Shown: positions 9,352 to 19,396 of the stretch, in pieces | How the letters are laid out: the number at the start of each line of letters is the position of its first letter | Position numbering within the stretch: position 1 is the first letter of the stretch | DNA from: an uncultured Clostridia bacterium | GTDB lineage: Bacteria; Bacillota; Clostridia; Christensenellales; UBA1242 | Length of the DNA stretch: 64,000 nucleotides | Reading direction: 5' to 3' | Assembly: GCA_934793215.1 (NCBI GenBank) | Contig: CAKVOP010000001.1 | Span: forward strand, 239,447-303,446 | Made by a program: the position numbers and the translations under genes | Notes under the pieces: generated by a model | Databases searched by the model: none | Told to the model about the DNA's origin: nothing | Seen by the model: only the letters and a program-made list of their open reading frames with translations

Positions 9352-9646
9352 TTGTTTATACACACTGTCTACTATTTTTTGAGATATGGGGTCGGGGTGG
9401 ACGCTGACAAGGCAAAATTTGTCTGCTAGATAATTACAGTATTCGTGATGATGCCAAAGATACTTATTTCGAATATATGAAGCAAGTGCCCCATGAATAC
9501 TGACAATGTTGTCTTCTTCTTGAATTCGAAGTTTCACTTGATAGGTAAAATTCGCCAGTTATATCAACCCACATCAAGTACGCTAAATTTTTTAAAGTGA
9601 GTGCAGGTTATTTGTAGGGTCTTGTTGATTAAATGTTGTAATTTGG

Positions 9647-9675
9647 TTGACAAGGCTTTTATTTTGTTGTAAAAT
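9647..9675 (+). promoter_or_regulatory. Promoter for tRNA-Trp
   Basis: TTGACA (9647-9652), 17-nt spacer, TAAAAT (9670-9675), about 15 nt upstream of the tRNA. Confidence 0.6.
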
Positions 9676-9689
9676 ATATCTGTTTTTAT

Positions 9690-9763
9690 AGGGGTGTAGT
9701 TCATCGGTAGAATAAGAGTCTCCAAAACTCCTGAGGTGGGTTCGACTCCTACCACCCCTGCCA
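9690..9763 (+). tRNA. trnW: tRNA-Trp (anticodon CCA)
   Basis: 74-nt cloverleaf folded by hand. Acceptor AGGGGTG/CACCCCT, anticodon loop CTCCAAA, T-arm GTGGG-TTCGACT-CCTAC, encoded CCA. Confidence 0.85.
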
Positions 9764-9908
9764 AAGTAAGTCAATCATTTTTGAATTGGCTTTTTTTGTT
9801 TTTAAAAAATTAAGTAGAATCTCCCAAAAACTTGATTATTTTTTTGATTTGTTTAAATTTTGCAAAACCTTGAATACAATATTGCTTGGTTTTTCGTTGA
9901 TTTGTTAG

Positions 9909-10940
9909 ATGTTTTTATGTTATAATCATGGAGTGGAATCAAAAAGGTTAATTTATTATGATTTGTTAAAAGCATTGCTTATAGTTTTTGTAGTTTTAGG
10001 GCATGTTTTTGAGATTTTTATAGATAATGGGTTGATAAAATCGGCATATTTGACAATTTATTCTTTTCATATGCCACTTTTTGTGTTTATCTCTGGTTTC
10101 TTTGCAAGATGGGGAAAAAGTCGATTTTTCGCTTATTTAATCATGTTTGTTGCTTTTAGTATTGTTCCAAAATTCGGCTTTTCTCTAATTACCAATTCAA
10201 TTACGCTTAAATCTGTTTTAGATTCAATTCTTTCTCCAAGTTGGGGAATGTGGTTTTTGCTTGTTTTGCCTTTTTGGAATTTGAGTTTGCTTGTAGTGAA
10301 AAAAGTGAAATTATATCATGTGGCCATTTCTATTGCAATCGCTTTGGTCGTAGGGTTTATTCCTTTTGTGGGTGAGGTTTTGTCGCTCGGAAGAATGTTC
10401 TACTTTTTCCCATTTTTCTTGACGGGAAAGTTGTGTGGTCAAAATAAAGATAAATTTAATCAATTTATCGAACAATCTCAAACGCTTTTCAAAAAATTTA
10501 TTTCAGTCATCATTTTGCTTGCAACATTAATGGTTTTTGTTTTTATTTTTAAAGATGCGTCAATCGACCTTTTTTATGGAAAAGCGGCATACTTAAGCCC
10601 GAGTGATTGTTTAATAAGATTGCTTTGCTTGGAAGCGGGCTTTTTAAATGGTTTGGCCTTTATGATTTTAATACCTTTAACGAATGATTATAGTTCTATC
10701 TTAAAAAACTTTTCTTTATTGGGAAAGAAGACACTTTCAATTTATATTTTTCATATTTTTGTGCTCATGGCAGTAAAAGAGTTGTGCAAATGCTATTTGC
10801 CGATAGAACTTTCATCAAATTTATTTTTTATTTTATCATTTTCAGTCAGTTTGACTATCATAATTGTTTTTATTACGTCTCGAAAATTCTTTGTAAAGAT
10901 TGTAGATTTCTTTCTAAAACGCGTTACGAAAAATCTTTAA
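9909..10940 (+). CDS. Acyltransferase family 3 integral membrane protein
   Basis: 343 aa, multi-pass hydrophobic. N-terminal YDLLKALLIVFVVLGHVF motif is typical of acyltransferase_3 O-acyltransferases. Confidence 0.6.
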   Translation: MFLCYNHGVESKRLIYYDLLKALLIVFVVLGHVFEIFIDNGLIKSAYLTIYSFHMPLFVFISGFFARWGKSRFFAYLIMFVAFSIVPKFGFSLITNSITLKSVLDSILSPSWGMWFLLVLPFWNLSLLVVKKVKLYHVAISIAIALVVGFIPFVGEVLSLGRMFYFFPFFLTGKLCGQNKDKFNQFIEQSQTLFKKFISVIILLATLMVFVFIFKDASIDLFYGKAAYLSPSDCLIRLLCLEAGFLNGLAFMILIPLTNDYSSILKNFSLLGKKTLSIYIFHIFVLMAVKELCKCYLPIELSSNLFFILSFSVSLTIIIVFITSRKFFVKIVDFFLKRVTKNL

Positions 10941-11001
10941 AAACTTGCTTTTGCTTGTAATTTATTAAAAAGTATATAATTGGCTGAGCAATGGAGGTAT
11001 C

Positions 11002-11616
11002 ATGAAAATTTTAAATTTAGTTGGGCTTTATGAGTCAAATGTTTATGTGCTTGAAAAAGGGAATGAATGTATTATTATTGATGCTGGAGTAAGTGTAAGC
11101 GAAGTGAAGAAGCTTATTAAGGATAAAAAGGTGCTTGGCATTTTTCTTACCCATGGACATTTCGACCATTCGTTCTTCGCGGGTGAATACGCTCATGAAT
11201 TTGGCTGTAAAATTTATGCTCATCATAACGCAAAACTTACAATGGAAAATCGAGATGCATTTTGCTCTAATAACGGACAGATTATTACAGATTTTTCCAA
11301 TTTTGAGTTTTTCAATGGAGACACTCGTTTTGTGCTTGGTGATTTTGAAATTGACGCTTTTTATTTGCCGGGACACTGCAATTGCGAGTGTGGATATTTG
11401 ATAGAGGGTAACTTTTTTGCAGGGGATTTCTTGTTTGAAAAAAGTTTTGGACGCATTGACCTTATGTTTTCAAGTAAAAAGGATATGATAGCAAGTCTAA
11501 TAAAGAGTCAAGATATTCCTTATAATATTTTATACAGCGGGCATGGTGAAAAAAGCACAAAAAAAGAGCAACTATCTCATTTGCCAATTTTCTTAAAATT
11601 TTTAACTAGAAACTAA
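11002..11616 (+). CDS. MBL-fold metallo-hydrolase
   Basis: 204 aa with the HxHxDH motif (THGHFDH) and downstream His/Asp ligands (GHCNCE, SGHGE). Confidence 0.8.
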   Translation: MKILNLVGLYESNVYVLEKGNECIIIDAGVSVSEVKKLIKDKKVLGIFLTHGHFDHSFFAGEYAHEFGCKIYAHHNAKLTMENRDAFCSNNGQIITDFSNFEFFNGDTRFVLGDFEIDAFYLPGHCNCECGYLIEGNFFAGDFLFEKSFGRIDLMFSSKKDMIASLIKSQDIPYNILYSGHGEKSTKKEQLSHLPIFLKFLTRN

Positions 11617-11672
11617 AAAGACCTTCTATTTATGATGCTTAAATATTGCTCATAAATAGAAGGTCTTTTTTT
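11616..11672. terminator. Bidirectional terminator between convergent genes
   Basis: 19-bp perfect stem AAAGACCTTCTATTTATGA...TCATAAATAGAAGGTCTTT flanked by A- and T-runs. Confidence 0.8.
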
Positions 11673-11709
11673 AAAATAGGAACAATAAACTTCTTGTTTC
11701 TTGTCAATT

Positions 11710-12609
11710 TTATTTATTTTTTAGTCTTAAATCGTTGCCTGTAAGGTAGAGGCAAATTGAAGTGTCACGATCTACAAGGCGACTGAAAACGCGTTCGTCG
11801 TAATAGTCTCTTACATCTTCAAGTGTAAGGTTTGAAGTTATAACAGTTGGACGATTTTTCATTTTGCGTTCATTTAGTACAAGATATAGGTAATTGTTTG
11901 TTACATCTTGACGACGAAGTTCGGTTCCTAGGTCGTCAATAAACAGCACTTCTGTGTCGAGATATTTATCTAGTATTTCATTGCCTTCTTCGCTGTTGCG
12001 GAGAGCATAGCATTTTACAAAATCTTGGTTCATGGCGAAAGAAGTGGTGAGAGTTACAAGTTTTCCTTCTTCAATAAGTTCATTTGCAATCGCACCCATA
12101 AGATAAGTTTTTCCAACCCCAGTGTCACCAGCTATATATAAAATATTTTTTTTGAAATCACTATGACACCAATCTCGCATCTTTGAGTATAACTTTTTCA
12201 TCTTTTCAGGGTCGTCAAAAATGTCATAGTGCACATTTTTAAAACTTGCTAGTTGGTTAAATCCGCTTTCTTCAATCAAAAGATTGTTAATTTCACGTTT
12301 TAGGCAGACGCAAAATTCTCCATTTATTCTTCCGTTGTCGTGGCAAAGTTTGCATTGATAGTTTGGTTTTGTTGATAATCCAACAGCATTTTCTTTTTCT
12401 TCAAGTCGAGCTTTTAGTTTCAGCGTATCATCGCTTTCATCTCTGCCATTTTTTGCGTCTTCAATCATCAAGGTCATATATTGATTGTATAGATTTTTAT
12501 AATCTTCGTTTTGCATTGCCAAGATTTTGTTGTTGACGGCAGTGTTTTCGGCATCATATCGTCTCAAATCAATTATATGTTGTGCCTTTTCAAGAATTTT
12601 TGAATTCAT
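11710..12609 (-). CDS. dnaI: DnaI/DnaC-type helicase loader ATPase
   Basis: 299 aa. Cys cluster (CKLCHDNGRINGEFCVC), Walker A GDTGVGKT, Walker B LFIDDLG. Lies directly downstream of a DnaB/DnaD-like gene, as in Bacillota. Confidence 0.8.
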   Translation of the reverse strand: MNSKILEKAQHIIDLRRYDAENTAVNNKILAMQNEDYKNLYNQYMTLMIEDAKNGRDESDDTLKLKARLEEKENAVGLSTKPNYQCKLCHDNGRINGEFCVCLKREINNLLIEESGFNQLASFKNVHYDIFDDPEKMKKLYSKMRDWCHSDFKKNILYIAGDTGVGKTYLMGAIANELIEEGKLVTLTTSFAMNQDFVKCYALRNSEEGNEILDKYLDTEVLFIDDLGTELRRQDVTNNYLYLVLNERKMKNRPTVITSNLTLEDVRDYYDERVFSRLVDRDTSICLYLTGNDLRLKNK

Positions 12610-12617
12610 TTCGTCTC

Positions 12618-14069
12618 CTAAATTTCAATTTCGTCAATAGATTGTGTAAGAGCGTTAAGTTCGCCTTTTGTATAACTTCTTCCAGTAAAATTGGAGTGAA
12701 TTTGTGATTTTTGCTCAATCACTGCAAGAGGAGTGGACTTTTTTGCCTCTTCGACAGTTTTTATACCTTTTTCGTGCCAATCAGCAAGAATGCGAGCCAT
12801 GTATTTAAGTGCGTTATCCTTGCCTTTTGAAAGTATGGTTGCATGCAGGATAAGTTCTTCTGGCATTCTCCAATCGTTTTTCCAGGTTTTGAAGTTTGCT
12901 CGGTCAAAAGGGGTTACTCCGCGTGAAATGTTAAGATTTGCAAGCACTGATTTAATTTCGTTATCTTCGGCAATCACTTGTCCCATATATTCGTTAAATG
13001 CGTTTTGCGACAATAGCCCAAGTTTATAAAACTTATTTACTCTTTCGTCCATACCTTCAAGCGTACGCACAGAGGTCTTAAAGCATAAGTTTGCTATATC
13101 TAATAGCGTTTGTTTATCGAAGCCTAAATTTATCCATTTAAGAATATAGTTTTCAACTACAACTTCAAGGTTTTCATAATAAACGCCGATTGCCTTATTT
13201 ATTTCTTTTGCGAGGGAATAAAGCTCGGTTTTTTCATTTTCAAAAGCTTCAATTTCGCTTACTGACATAAGTTTCATTTCATAATACTTTGTCAAAACAG
13301 CATCAATTCGCTCAAATGAAAAACGATTTTTCTTTTGATAGGCTTTGATTACATATAAAATTGTATCGAGTGTAAACCCATAATCTTCCAGCCACTTGTG
13401 AAGAAGATTGCGTTCTTCAACATAAGCTCCACGCTTAATGCCAGCGGTTTTTAAAACAAGGGCCAGGTCAGCGGAATTTTCTTCAAAAGTTTTAAGTCTT
13501 TCTTCAACTGCCGATGTGGTGGTGATGCCTTCGTTAGCCCAGTTTCTGGCAACAGTCAATATGTAGTTGTAACCAACGGCACTTTTTTTTGTGTCGACAC
13601 AATACTGCATAATCATAAGCAGAGCCTCTTGTTCCACATGATAGCGTTCCAAGAAATCGTAATATTCACCATACTCCGTTTTGGAGATACTTCGCTTTCC
13701 CTTAAAAATATCTTCGGCTTGGCGATTAAATGCTTCATATTTGTCTGGCTTATACAATTTATTTGCAGAAAGGACATTCTTGAGTGGTATATAAGATATT
13801 TGAAGAGGGCTCGCCTTAACAATGTTTACAAGACCTTGCTCTTGCCAGTATTCAAAAGCACCCAAAACATCATCTTCACTCATATTTAAAGTTTTTGCCA
13901 TGTTTTCAAGCGAGTTATCAAAAGAGTTAGACGAACAAAGATAAAGCCCGTATATATACACTTGTGAGAACGCTGGTTGTGCAAAAGGGAGGTAGTCATT
14001 GATAAAAATGTTGTCTATCTCTGTTTTAGAACTTGCTATAAATTCGGTCGAATATTTACAAAAACTCAT
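12618..14069 (-). CDS. Replication initiation and membrane attachment protein (DnaB/DnaD-domain family)
   Basis: Long ORF upstream of dnaI with two DnaD-like repeat regions (for example YNYILTVARNWANEGITT and MARILADWHEKGIKTVEEA). The start is set to ATG 14069 (GGAG 6 nt upstream) rather than the track start at 14165. Confidence 0.7.
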   Translation of the reverse strand: MSFCKYSTEFIASSKTEIDNIFINDYLPFAQPAFSQVYIYGLYLCSSNSFDNSLENMAKTLNMSEDDVLGAFEYWQEQGLVNIVKASPLQISYIPLKNVLSANKLYKPDKYEAFNRQAEDIFKGKRSISKTEYGEYYDFLERYHVEQEALLMIMQYCVDTKKSAVGYNYILTVARNWANEGITTTSAVEERLKTFEENSADLALVLKTAGIKRGAYVEERNLLHKWLEDYGFTLDTILYVIKAYQKKNRFSFERIDAVLTKYYEMKLMSVSEIEAFENEKTELYSLAKEINKAIGVYYENLEVVVENYILKWINLGFDKQTLLDIANLCFKTSVRTLEGMDERVNKFYKLGLLSQNAFNEYMGQVIAEDNEIKSVLANLNISRGVTPFDRANFKTWKNDWRMPEELILHATILSKGKDNALKYMARILADWHEKGIKTVEEAKKSTPLAVIEQKSQIHSNFTGRSYTKGELNALTQSIDEIEI

Positions 14070-14195
14070 AATTTTCTCCAACGACATTTTAACACATAAA
14101 TCTAGTTTTGACAACCTTTTTGCAAATTGCGAGAAAAATAAAAATGGCTTTTGTATGTTTTTCATATCTTTTTATTTGATGCCATATATTAAAAC

Positions 14196-15668
14196 ATGAA
14201 AAAATCGACTTATTTTATAACATTTTCGCTTGCTTTTACATTATTTTTGGGCTTTCTTTTTGTTGGGTGTGGCAAAACCGAAAAAAATAAAGTTTCATCA
14301 TACCAAATTGAAGTTAGTTATGATGGCGAAAATTCTGTAAAAGGCAAAGAGAGCGTCATTTATCAAAACAATAGTGATAATGCACTTTCCTTTTTGCAAT
14401 TTAATCTATTTGCAAATGCTTTTAAAAATAAAGATAGTGTGGTAACGGTGGCGGAAGAAGAGCGCGCATACTATAATGGCGAAAGTGTTGGAGACATTCA
14501 AATTTTGAGCGTAAAGAGTGGAGGTGAAAATCTAACCTATACTTTTGACGGGGATACTCAAGAAATAATGAAAGTATCACTTTTAAATGAAATCTACCCC
14601 GATGAAAACGTTGAAATTGATATTGAATTTGAAATAAAACTTGCCAATATCAACCATAGGCTAGGGAAAGGTGAAAACACAATAAATTTAGGTAATTTCT
14701 ATCCAATAGTTTCGGTATATGAAAATGGTAAAGGTTTTTATCATAATGTCTATCAGCCTTTTGGAGACCCTTTTTATAGTCAAGTTGCATCATACAATGT
14801 TACCATTTCTTGTCCCACAAAATTTGCAGTTGCTTCATCGGGAGATAAGGTGAGCGAGAAAATCGAGAATGGAGTAAAATCGCTCAATTTCAAAGGTGAG
14901 AATATGCGCGATTTTGCGATTGTTTTAAGTGACAAGTTTACTTTGCAATGTGACAAGTCGTCTGTTTGTGAAGTAGAATATTATGGCTATGAAGGCGACA
15001 TGAATATTCAAAAATGCTTGAATGTGGCAAAAGATGCAGTAAACTACTTTTCTAAAAGTTTTGGTGCTTATACTTATAATAAATTATCAGTTGTGAAAAA
15101 TAGTTTTGTTCAAGGTGGCATGGAATATCCTGGACTTGTTATGATAAGTGATGAAGCAGATGATGAAAGTTTGCCATATATCATAGTGCACGAGGTTGCT
15201 CACCAATGGTGGTATGGAGCAGTTGGAGATAACCAATGTGAAACCGCTTGGCTTGATGAGGGACTCGCAGAGATGTCAACACTTATGTTTTTTAGAGATA
15301 ATACTGGGTATGGAATTGACTATAAACAGACTCTTGACGGGTGTTTGAATTCCTATAAAATATACGAAAAGGTTCAAGATAAAGTCTATGAGAAAGTGGA
15401 CGGAGTCATGGATAAACAACTTGGCAAGTTTGCTTCTTCTCCTGATTATGTGGCTCTCTCTTACACAAAAAGCACCCTTATGTTTAGCACGCTTGAAGAG
15501 CAACTTGGAAAGAAAAAGTTCTTATCTGCACTTAAGGATTTTTATAAAAATTTCACTTTTAAAGAGGCGAGTAGAGCAGACATTATTGCAAGTTTTTCGT
15601 CTTCTTCGCATAGAAATTTGGAAGGATTTTTCGATAGTTGGCTGGACGGGAAAGTTGTAATTACCTGA
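14196..15668 (+). CDS. M1-family zinc metallopeptidase, lipoprotein
   Basis: 490 aa. Lipobox LFVGCG, gluzincin motif HEVAHQWWYG plus WLDEGLAE. Confidence 0.85.
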   Translation: MKKSTYFITFSLAFTLFLGFLFVGCGKTEKNKVSSYQIEVSYDGENSVKGKESVIYQNNSDNALSFLQFNLFANAFKNKDSVVTVAEEERAYYNGESVGDIQILSVKSGGENLTYTFDGDTQEIMKVSLLNEIYPDENVEIDIEFEIKLANINHRLGKGENTINLGNFYPIVSVYENGKGFYHNVYQPFGDPFYSQVASYNVTISCPTKFAVASSGDKVSEKIENGVKSLNFKGENMRDFAIVLSDKFTLQCDKSSVCEVEYYGYEGDMNIQKCLNVAKDAVNYFSKSFGAYTYNKLSVVKNSFVQGGMEYPGLVMISDEADDESLPYIIVHEVAHQWWYGAVGDNQCETAWLDEGLAEMSTLMFFRDNTGYGIDYKQTLDGCLNSYKIYEKVQDKVYEKVDGVMDKQLGKFASSPDYVALSYTKSTLMFSTLEEQLGKKKFLSALKDFYKNFTFKEASRADIIASFSSSSHRNLEGFFDSWLDGKVVIT

Positions 15669-15794
15669 TAAATTATTGTTTGCGAAAAAATGTGCCTGTA
15701 ACAATGTGGAATAATAAATCATAAAAATACTTGAATTTTCTTGACAAGGAAAATAAAAAATGATAATCTAAAATTGGAATTAAGGAGGGAAATT

Positions 15795-16547
15795 ATGAAA
15801 AAAATCACAAAATCACTTGCCATTGCTGGTGCTCTTATGTGCTCAAGTGTTGCACTTGTTGCGTGCGGAGGAGACAACGGGCTCGTCGACACAAAAGGTA
15901 ACTATACAGCCACTACTGCAAGCGAAACTACAGCTTATGTCAATGCTCTTGACGATGTAAAAGTTGCAGAAAAAGGTAGTTACAAATTTAAAATGCGTTT
16001 TGAAGCAACAGATAGAGAAGAAACAGCCTCAATAAAGGTAGACGGGCATATTGATGCTGACGGAAATTTTGATATGTCTATTTCCATAAATGGTGGCGGA
16101 CAAAGCGTATCTTCGCAAACATATTACGAAGCGGCAAACAAGATGCTTTATTCTGCTACAAAAACACAAGGTGTTGATGTTAAAGTCGCAACTAAAATCA
16201 CACATGATGGGGATCAACTAGATGGTCTTCCAATTGGGAATGATTTTCTTAGTGCCGCCGATGTAAAGACTATGATTACTGAACTTAAAGATGCAAATGT
16301 TTCAATCAGCGAAACAAATACAACAGTAAAAATCAAATATGTTGCAACAGAAGGAAGTGAAGAAAGCACTATTTACCTTGTTCTCAACAAAAATGGTGAC
16401 ACATATAGTTTTGCAGGTGCAAGATGTGAATTGACGAGTGATCAAGGTGTTAAAGGTGCATTCAATGGATATGTTGATGTTGTTCTTTCAAAAGAAGGGG
16501 TTAAAACATTGACAGATGCTCAAAAGGCACAATATTTAAAAGCTTAA
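15795..16547 (+). CDS. Lipoprotein of unknown function
   Basis: ATG 15795 is preceded by AAGGAGGG. Signal peptide and lipobox MKKITKSLAIAGALMCSSVALVACGG. Confidence 0.75.
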   Translation: MKKITKSLAIAGALMCSSVALVACGGDNGLVDTKGNYTATTASETTAYVNALDDVKVAEKGSYKFKMRFEATDREETASIKVDGHIDADGNFDMSISINGGGQSVSSQTYYEAANKMLYSATKTQGVDVKVATKITHDGDQLDGLPIGNDFLSAADVKTMITELKDANVSISETNTTVKIKYVATEGSEESTIYLVLNKNGDTYSFAGARCELTSDQGVKGAFNGYVDVVLSKEGVKTLTDAQKAQYLKA

Positions 16548-16554
16548 TAATAAC

Positions 16555-16584
16555 AAAAAACACGCAAACTTTGCGTGTTTTTTG
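16555..16584 (+). terminator. Rho-independent terminator
   Basis: CACGCAA-act-TTGCGTG stem plus TTTTTT. Confidence 0.8.
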
Positions 16585-16780
16585 TCTTAAAAACAGATTT
16601 TTAATAATTATATAAGTTGCATGTGTTTAGGAAGGTCTTTACCTTAAAATAGTGAAAATGTAGCCGATTTTTGTAAATTTTTTAATTTTTTGCGAATTCT
16701 GATACAAAAATTTTCAAAAAAGTCTTAATTTATTTGGCAATAAGCCAATTTTATGTATAATAATATAAAGGAGATAAATT

Positions 16781-17668
16781 ATGGGGCTTTTTAATAATAG
16801 ATTCCATAGTTCGGCGGGAGAGAAAGAAGGGAAGGTTTATAGGATTCTTACAACGATTGCCCTTGTTGGAATTTTCGTCGCAGTTGGAATTTTGGTCGTT
16901 GGACTTGCACAAAATTTTATCACAGCAGGAGTAAGTCTTGTGCTTGGACTTATTGCGACAATTTGTTTATCAATTATTCTTTGCTTGCCATGGATAAAAA
17001 AACTTGAAAATAATAAGTATAGAATAACTTCAATCGTGTTTTTGGCGATTATAGGACTATGTGCTTTGCTTTGGCTTATTTCTTGTATTGTAATTTTTGT
17101 TATGTATCAAAATGCCAAAGCTGAAAGTGCGGAAGGACTTACTGGGGGACTTCGTTTCTTACAAGTTGTGCTAATTTTAACTATTCAATTTATTTGTGCA
17201 CAAACTATAGCTACAACCATAATAAACTATCAAAGGAACTATATCGTTTTCCAAGTTATTATGTATATAAGCAATGTGTTTGTAGACCTTTATGTTACTT
17301 GCTTCTTGCTTTGCATCGCAATTAGAGATGGAACGGGTGGCTCTGCTGAACTTTTCATTAATGATAAGTTTATGTCATTCTTGTTTACACCAGCGATGTA
17401 TACACTATTTGCACTTTTCTTTGTTTACACGGCAATATGCAGTGGAATTCTCAATAGAATCCAAAGAGGAAAGCAAAAAATCGCAGCAGAAGTTATTGAA
17501 AGCAACAAAAATGTTATGGTTGGAGAAACTGATGAAGTTACGCCAACAAGGCTTGGTAAAGAGGAAATCAAATCAAGACTCGAAAACTTGAAAGAGATGC
17601 TTGATAGCGGGCTCATAACGCAAGAAGAGTATGGAACTAGACGTGAAGAAATTTTAAAAGAAATTTAA
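16781..17668 (+). CDS. Multi-pass membrane protein with a C-terminal SHOCT-like domain
   Basis: 295 aa, about 6 hydrophobic helices. C-terminal LKEMLDSGLITQEEYGTRREEIL matches the SHOCT motif. Confidence 0.6.
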   Translation: MGLFNNRFHSSAGEKEGKVYRILTTIALVGIFVAVGILVVGLAQNFITAGVSLVLGLIATICLSIILCLPWIKKLENNKYRITSIVFLAIIGLCALLWLISCIVIFVMYQNAKAESAEGLTGGLRFLQVVLILTIQFICAQTIATTIINYQRNYIVFQVIMYISNVFVDLYVTCFLLCIAIRDGTGGSAELFINDKFMSFLFTPAMYTLFALFFVYTAICSGILNRIQRGKQKIAAEVIESNKNVMVGETDEVTPTRLGKEEIKSRLENLKEMLDSGLITQEEYGTRREEILKEI

Positions 17669-17671
17669 CAA

Positions 17672-17704
17672 AAAATATCAGGTGTTAAAGCCTGATATTT
17701 TTTG
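17672..17704. terminator. Bidirectional terminator
   Basis: AATATCAGG...CCTGATATT stem flanked by A- and T-runs, between convergent genes. Confidence 0.75.
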
Positions 17705-17736
17705 TTCATGGAATTATTAATTATAAATTTTGAAAA

Positions 17737-18321
17737 TTATTGCTTTAAAAATATCTTTTCATTTAACAAAACATCAAAGTAATGCAAAAGTTCTTCTTTG
17801 GTGCAAGGTGATGGTGATTTAATCCAGCTTAACCCTAGGTTTGTAATACCGCCGGTCAAAAAATCGATCAAAATATCAACGGGAATTGCGTAATTTTCTT
17901 TATACTTATTTTTTCGAGTTAAATAACTGACGCTTCTTTTAATGGTTGTCAAAAGTAGTTCGGTCGCTTTTTCAAGGCTGTTGCTACCAAGGATTAAAAG
18001 AATTTTCATTTTGTTTTTTTCTACAAAATCTATAACCGTTGCAATAAGAGACATATACATTTCTTTGGGAGATGAGTAATCTTCCTTTTCAATGCTTGCA
18101 GAAAAGAGAGCCTCTTTAATTTCGTCAATAGCATATTCTAGAAGGTGCTCTTTGTCTTCGAAGTGATTATAAAAAGTCGCTCTGTGAACCATTGCTCTGT
18201 CACAGATATCCATTACAGTGATCTTTTCAAAAGGCTGGTTTTCAAGTAAATCAAAAAGTGCTTCGCACAAGAGTTTCCTTGTTCTAACAACTCTTAAATC
18301 TTCCTTATAATCTTCTTGCAT
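17737..18321 (-). CDS. TetR/AcrR-family transcriptional regulator
   Basis: 194 aa. N-terminal HTH FEKITVMDICDRAMVHRATFYNHFEDKEHLL. Divergent from the ABC operon. Confidence 0.85.
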   Translation of the reverse strand: MQEDYKEDLRVVRTRKLLCEALFDLLENQPFEKITVMDICDRAMVHRATFYNHFEDKEHLLEYAIDEIKEALFSASIEKEDYSSPKEMYMSLIATVIDFVEKNKMKILLILGSNSLEKATELLLTTIKRSVSYLTRKNKYKENYAIPVDILIDFLTGGITNLGLSWIKSPSPCTKEELLHYFDVLLNEKIFLKQ

Positions 18322-18475
18322 TTTTCCTCCTAATAGACATTCGCGTTAATTATGTCAAATATCTAACACTCATTTTGATGTGTCCAAAATCTTTGTTGCA
18401 TCTTGAGAAATTATACCATATAATACGAACATGTGTCAACAAAATATACAACCGTCTATTATTTAAGGAGGTAAA

Positions 18476-19396
18476 ATGGCTAAAATTGAAGTTGAACATT
18501 TCACAAAAGATTATGGTTCAGGGCGAGGCGTCTTCGACATATCTTTCAAGATTAATGAAGGGGAGGTTTATGGATTCCTTGGACCAAATGGTGCGGGAAA
18601 GTCTACGACAATACGTCACCTTATGGGATTCTCAAAACCTGAAAAAGGCCATACTAGAATTCTGGGAATGGATAGTTTTGAAAACTACTACAAATTCATG
18701 GATAAAGTGGGTTATCTTCCAGGAGAAATTGCTCTTCCTGATGGTTTGAACGGATACGAATTCTTGGATATGATGGAAAAACTTAAAGGTAACATCAACA
18801 AACCTTGGGTTCGTCATCTTCTAGAAATATTCAAACTTGACCCAAGTGGAAACACCAAGCGTATGAGTTTGGGAGTCAAACGAAAACTTGCTGTTGTGAC
18901 CGCATTTATGAATGACCCGGATATTTTAATTCTTGACGAACCAACAAGTGGGCTTGACCTTGAAATGCAACAGACTTTTATAGAGTTTATTAAAGAGGAG
19001 AAAGCGAGAGGAAAAACAATACTGCTTTCAAGCCATATTTTCAGCGAGGTTGATGCCACATGCGATAGAATTGCCATAATAAAAGATGGCAAAATCGTTG
19101 ATGAGTTTATTGCAAATGACCTTAAACACAACAATAATAAAAACTACCTTATAGAGTTTGCCTCAATGGAAGATGAAAAGAAATTTAGAGAGGCAAATAA
19201 AGATGCCACAGCATTTAAGATGGTTGAGTCAAATGGGAAACAAATGCTTGTCAATATTGACGATAAAAATATAAATGAACTTGTAAAAGCAATTTCAAAG
19301 AGCAAAATAGACTCGTTTACACATTTAAAAGAGACCTTGGAAGATTACTTTATGAAATACTACAAAGAGGACAAAAATTTTGGAGGTGCACTATGA
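18476..19396 (+). CDS. ABC transporter ATP-binding protein
   Basis: Walker A GPNGAGKST, signature-like MSLGVKRK, Walker B ILILDEPTSGLD, H-loop SSHI. Confidence 0.9.
   Translation: MAKIEVEHFTKDYGSGRGVFDISFKINEGEVYGFLGPNGAGKSTTIRHLMGFSKPEKGHTRILGMDSFENYYKFMDKVGYLPGEIALPDGLNGYEFLDMMEKLKGNINKPWVRHLLEIFKLDPSGNTKRMSLGVKRKLAVVTAFMNDPDILILDEPTSGLDLEMQQTFIEFIKEEKARGKTILLSSHIFSEVDATCDRIAIIKDGKIVDEFIANDLKHNNNKNYLIEFASMEDEKKFREANKDATAFKMVESNGKQMLVNIDDKNINELVKAISKSKIDSFTHLKETLEDYFMKYYKEDKNFGGAL

Noticed and set aside
9328-9537. 69-aa minus-strand ORF between mazF and tRNA-Trp.
   Set aside because: It has a GTG start with no recognisable RBS, overlaps the mazF 3' end by 24 nt, and has no motif. Insufficient support to call a gene. 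It may be a gene fragment.
9564-9774. ORFs 9564-9764 and 9592-9774 (-), 34592-34780 (-), 36986-37207 (-) and 37002-37193 (+).
   Set aside because: These run through the tRNA-Trp, tRNA-Lys and tRNA-Leu genes. Their GC-rich stems translate to peptides such as GVEPTS and GSSPR. They are artefacts of the six-frame track.
18375-18749. 124-aa ORF overlapping the start of the first ABC ATPase gene.
   Set aside because: It is out of frame with a well-supported ABC ATPase that has a GGAGG RBS at 18476. There is no independent support.
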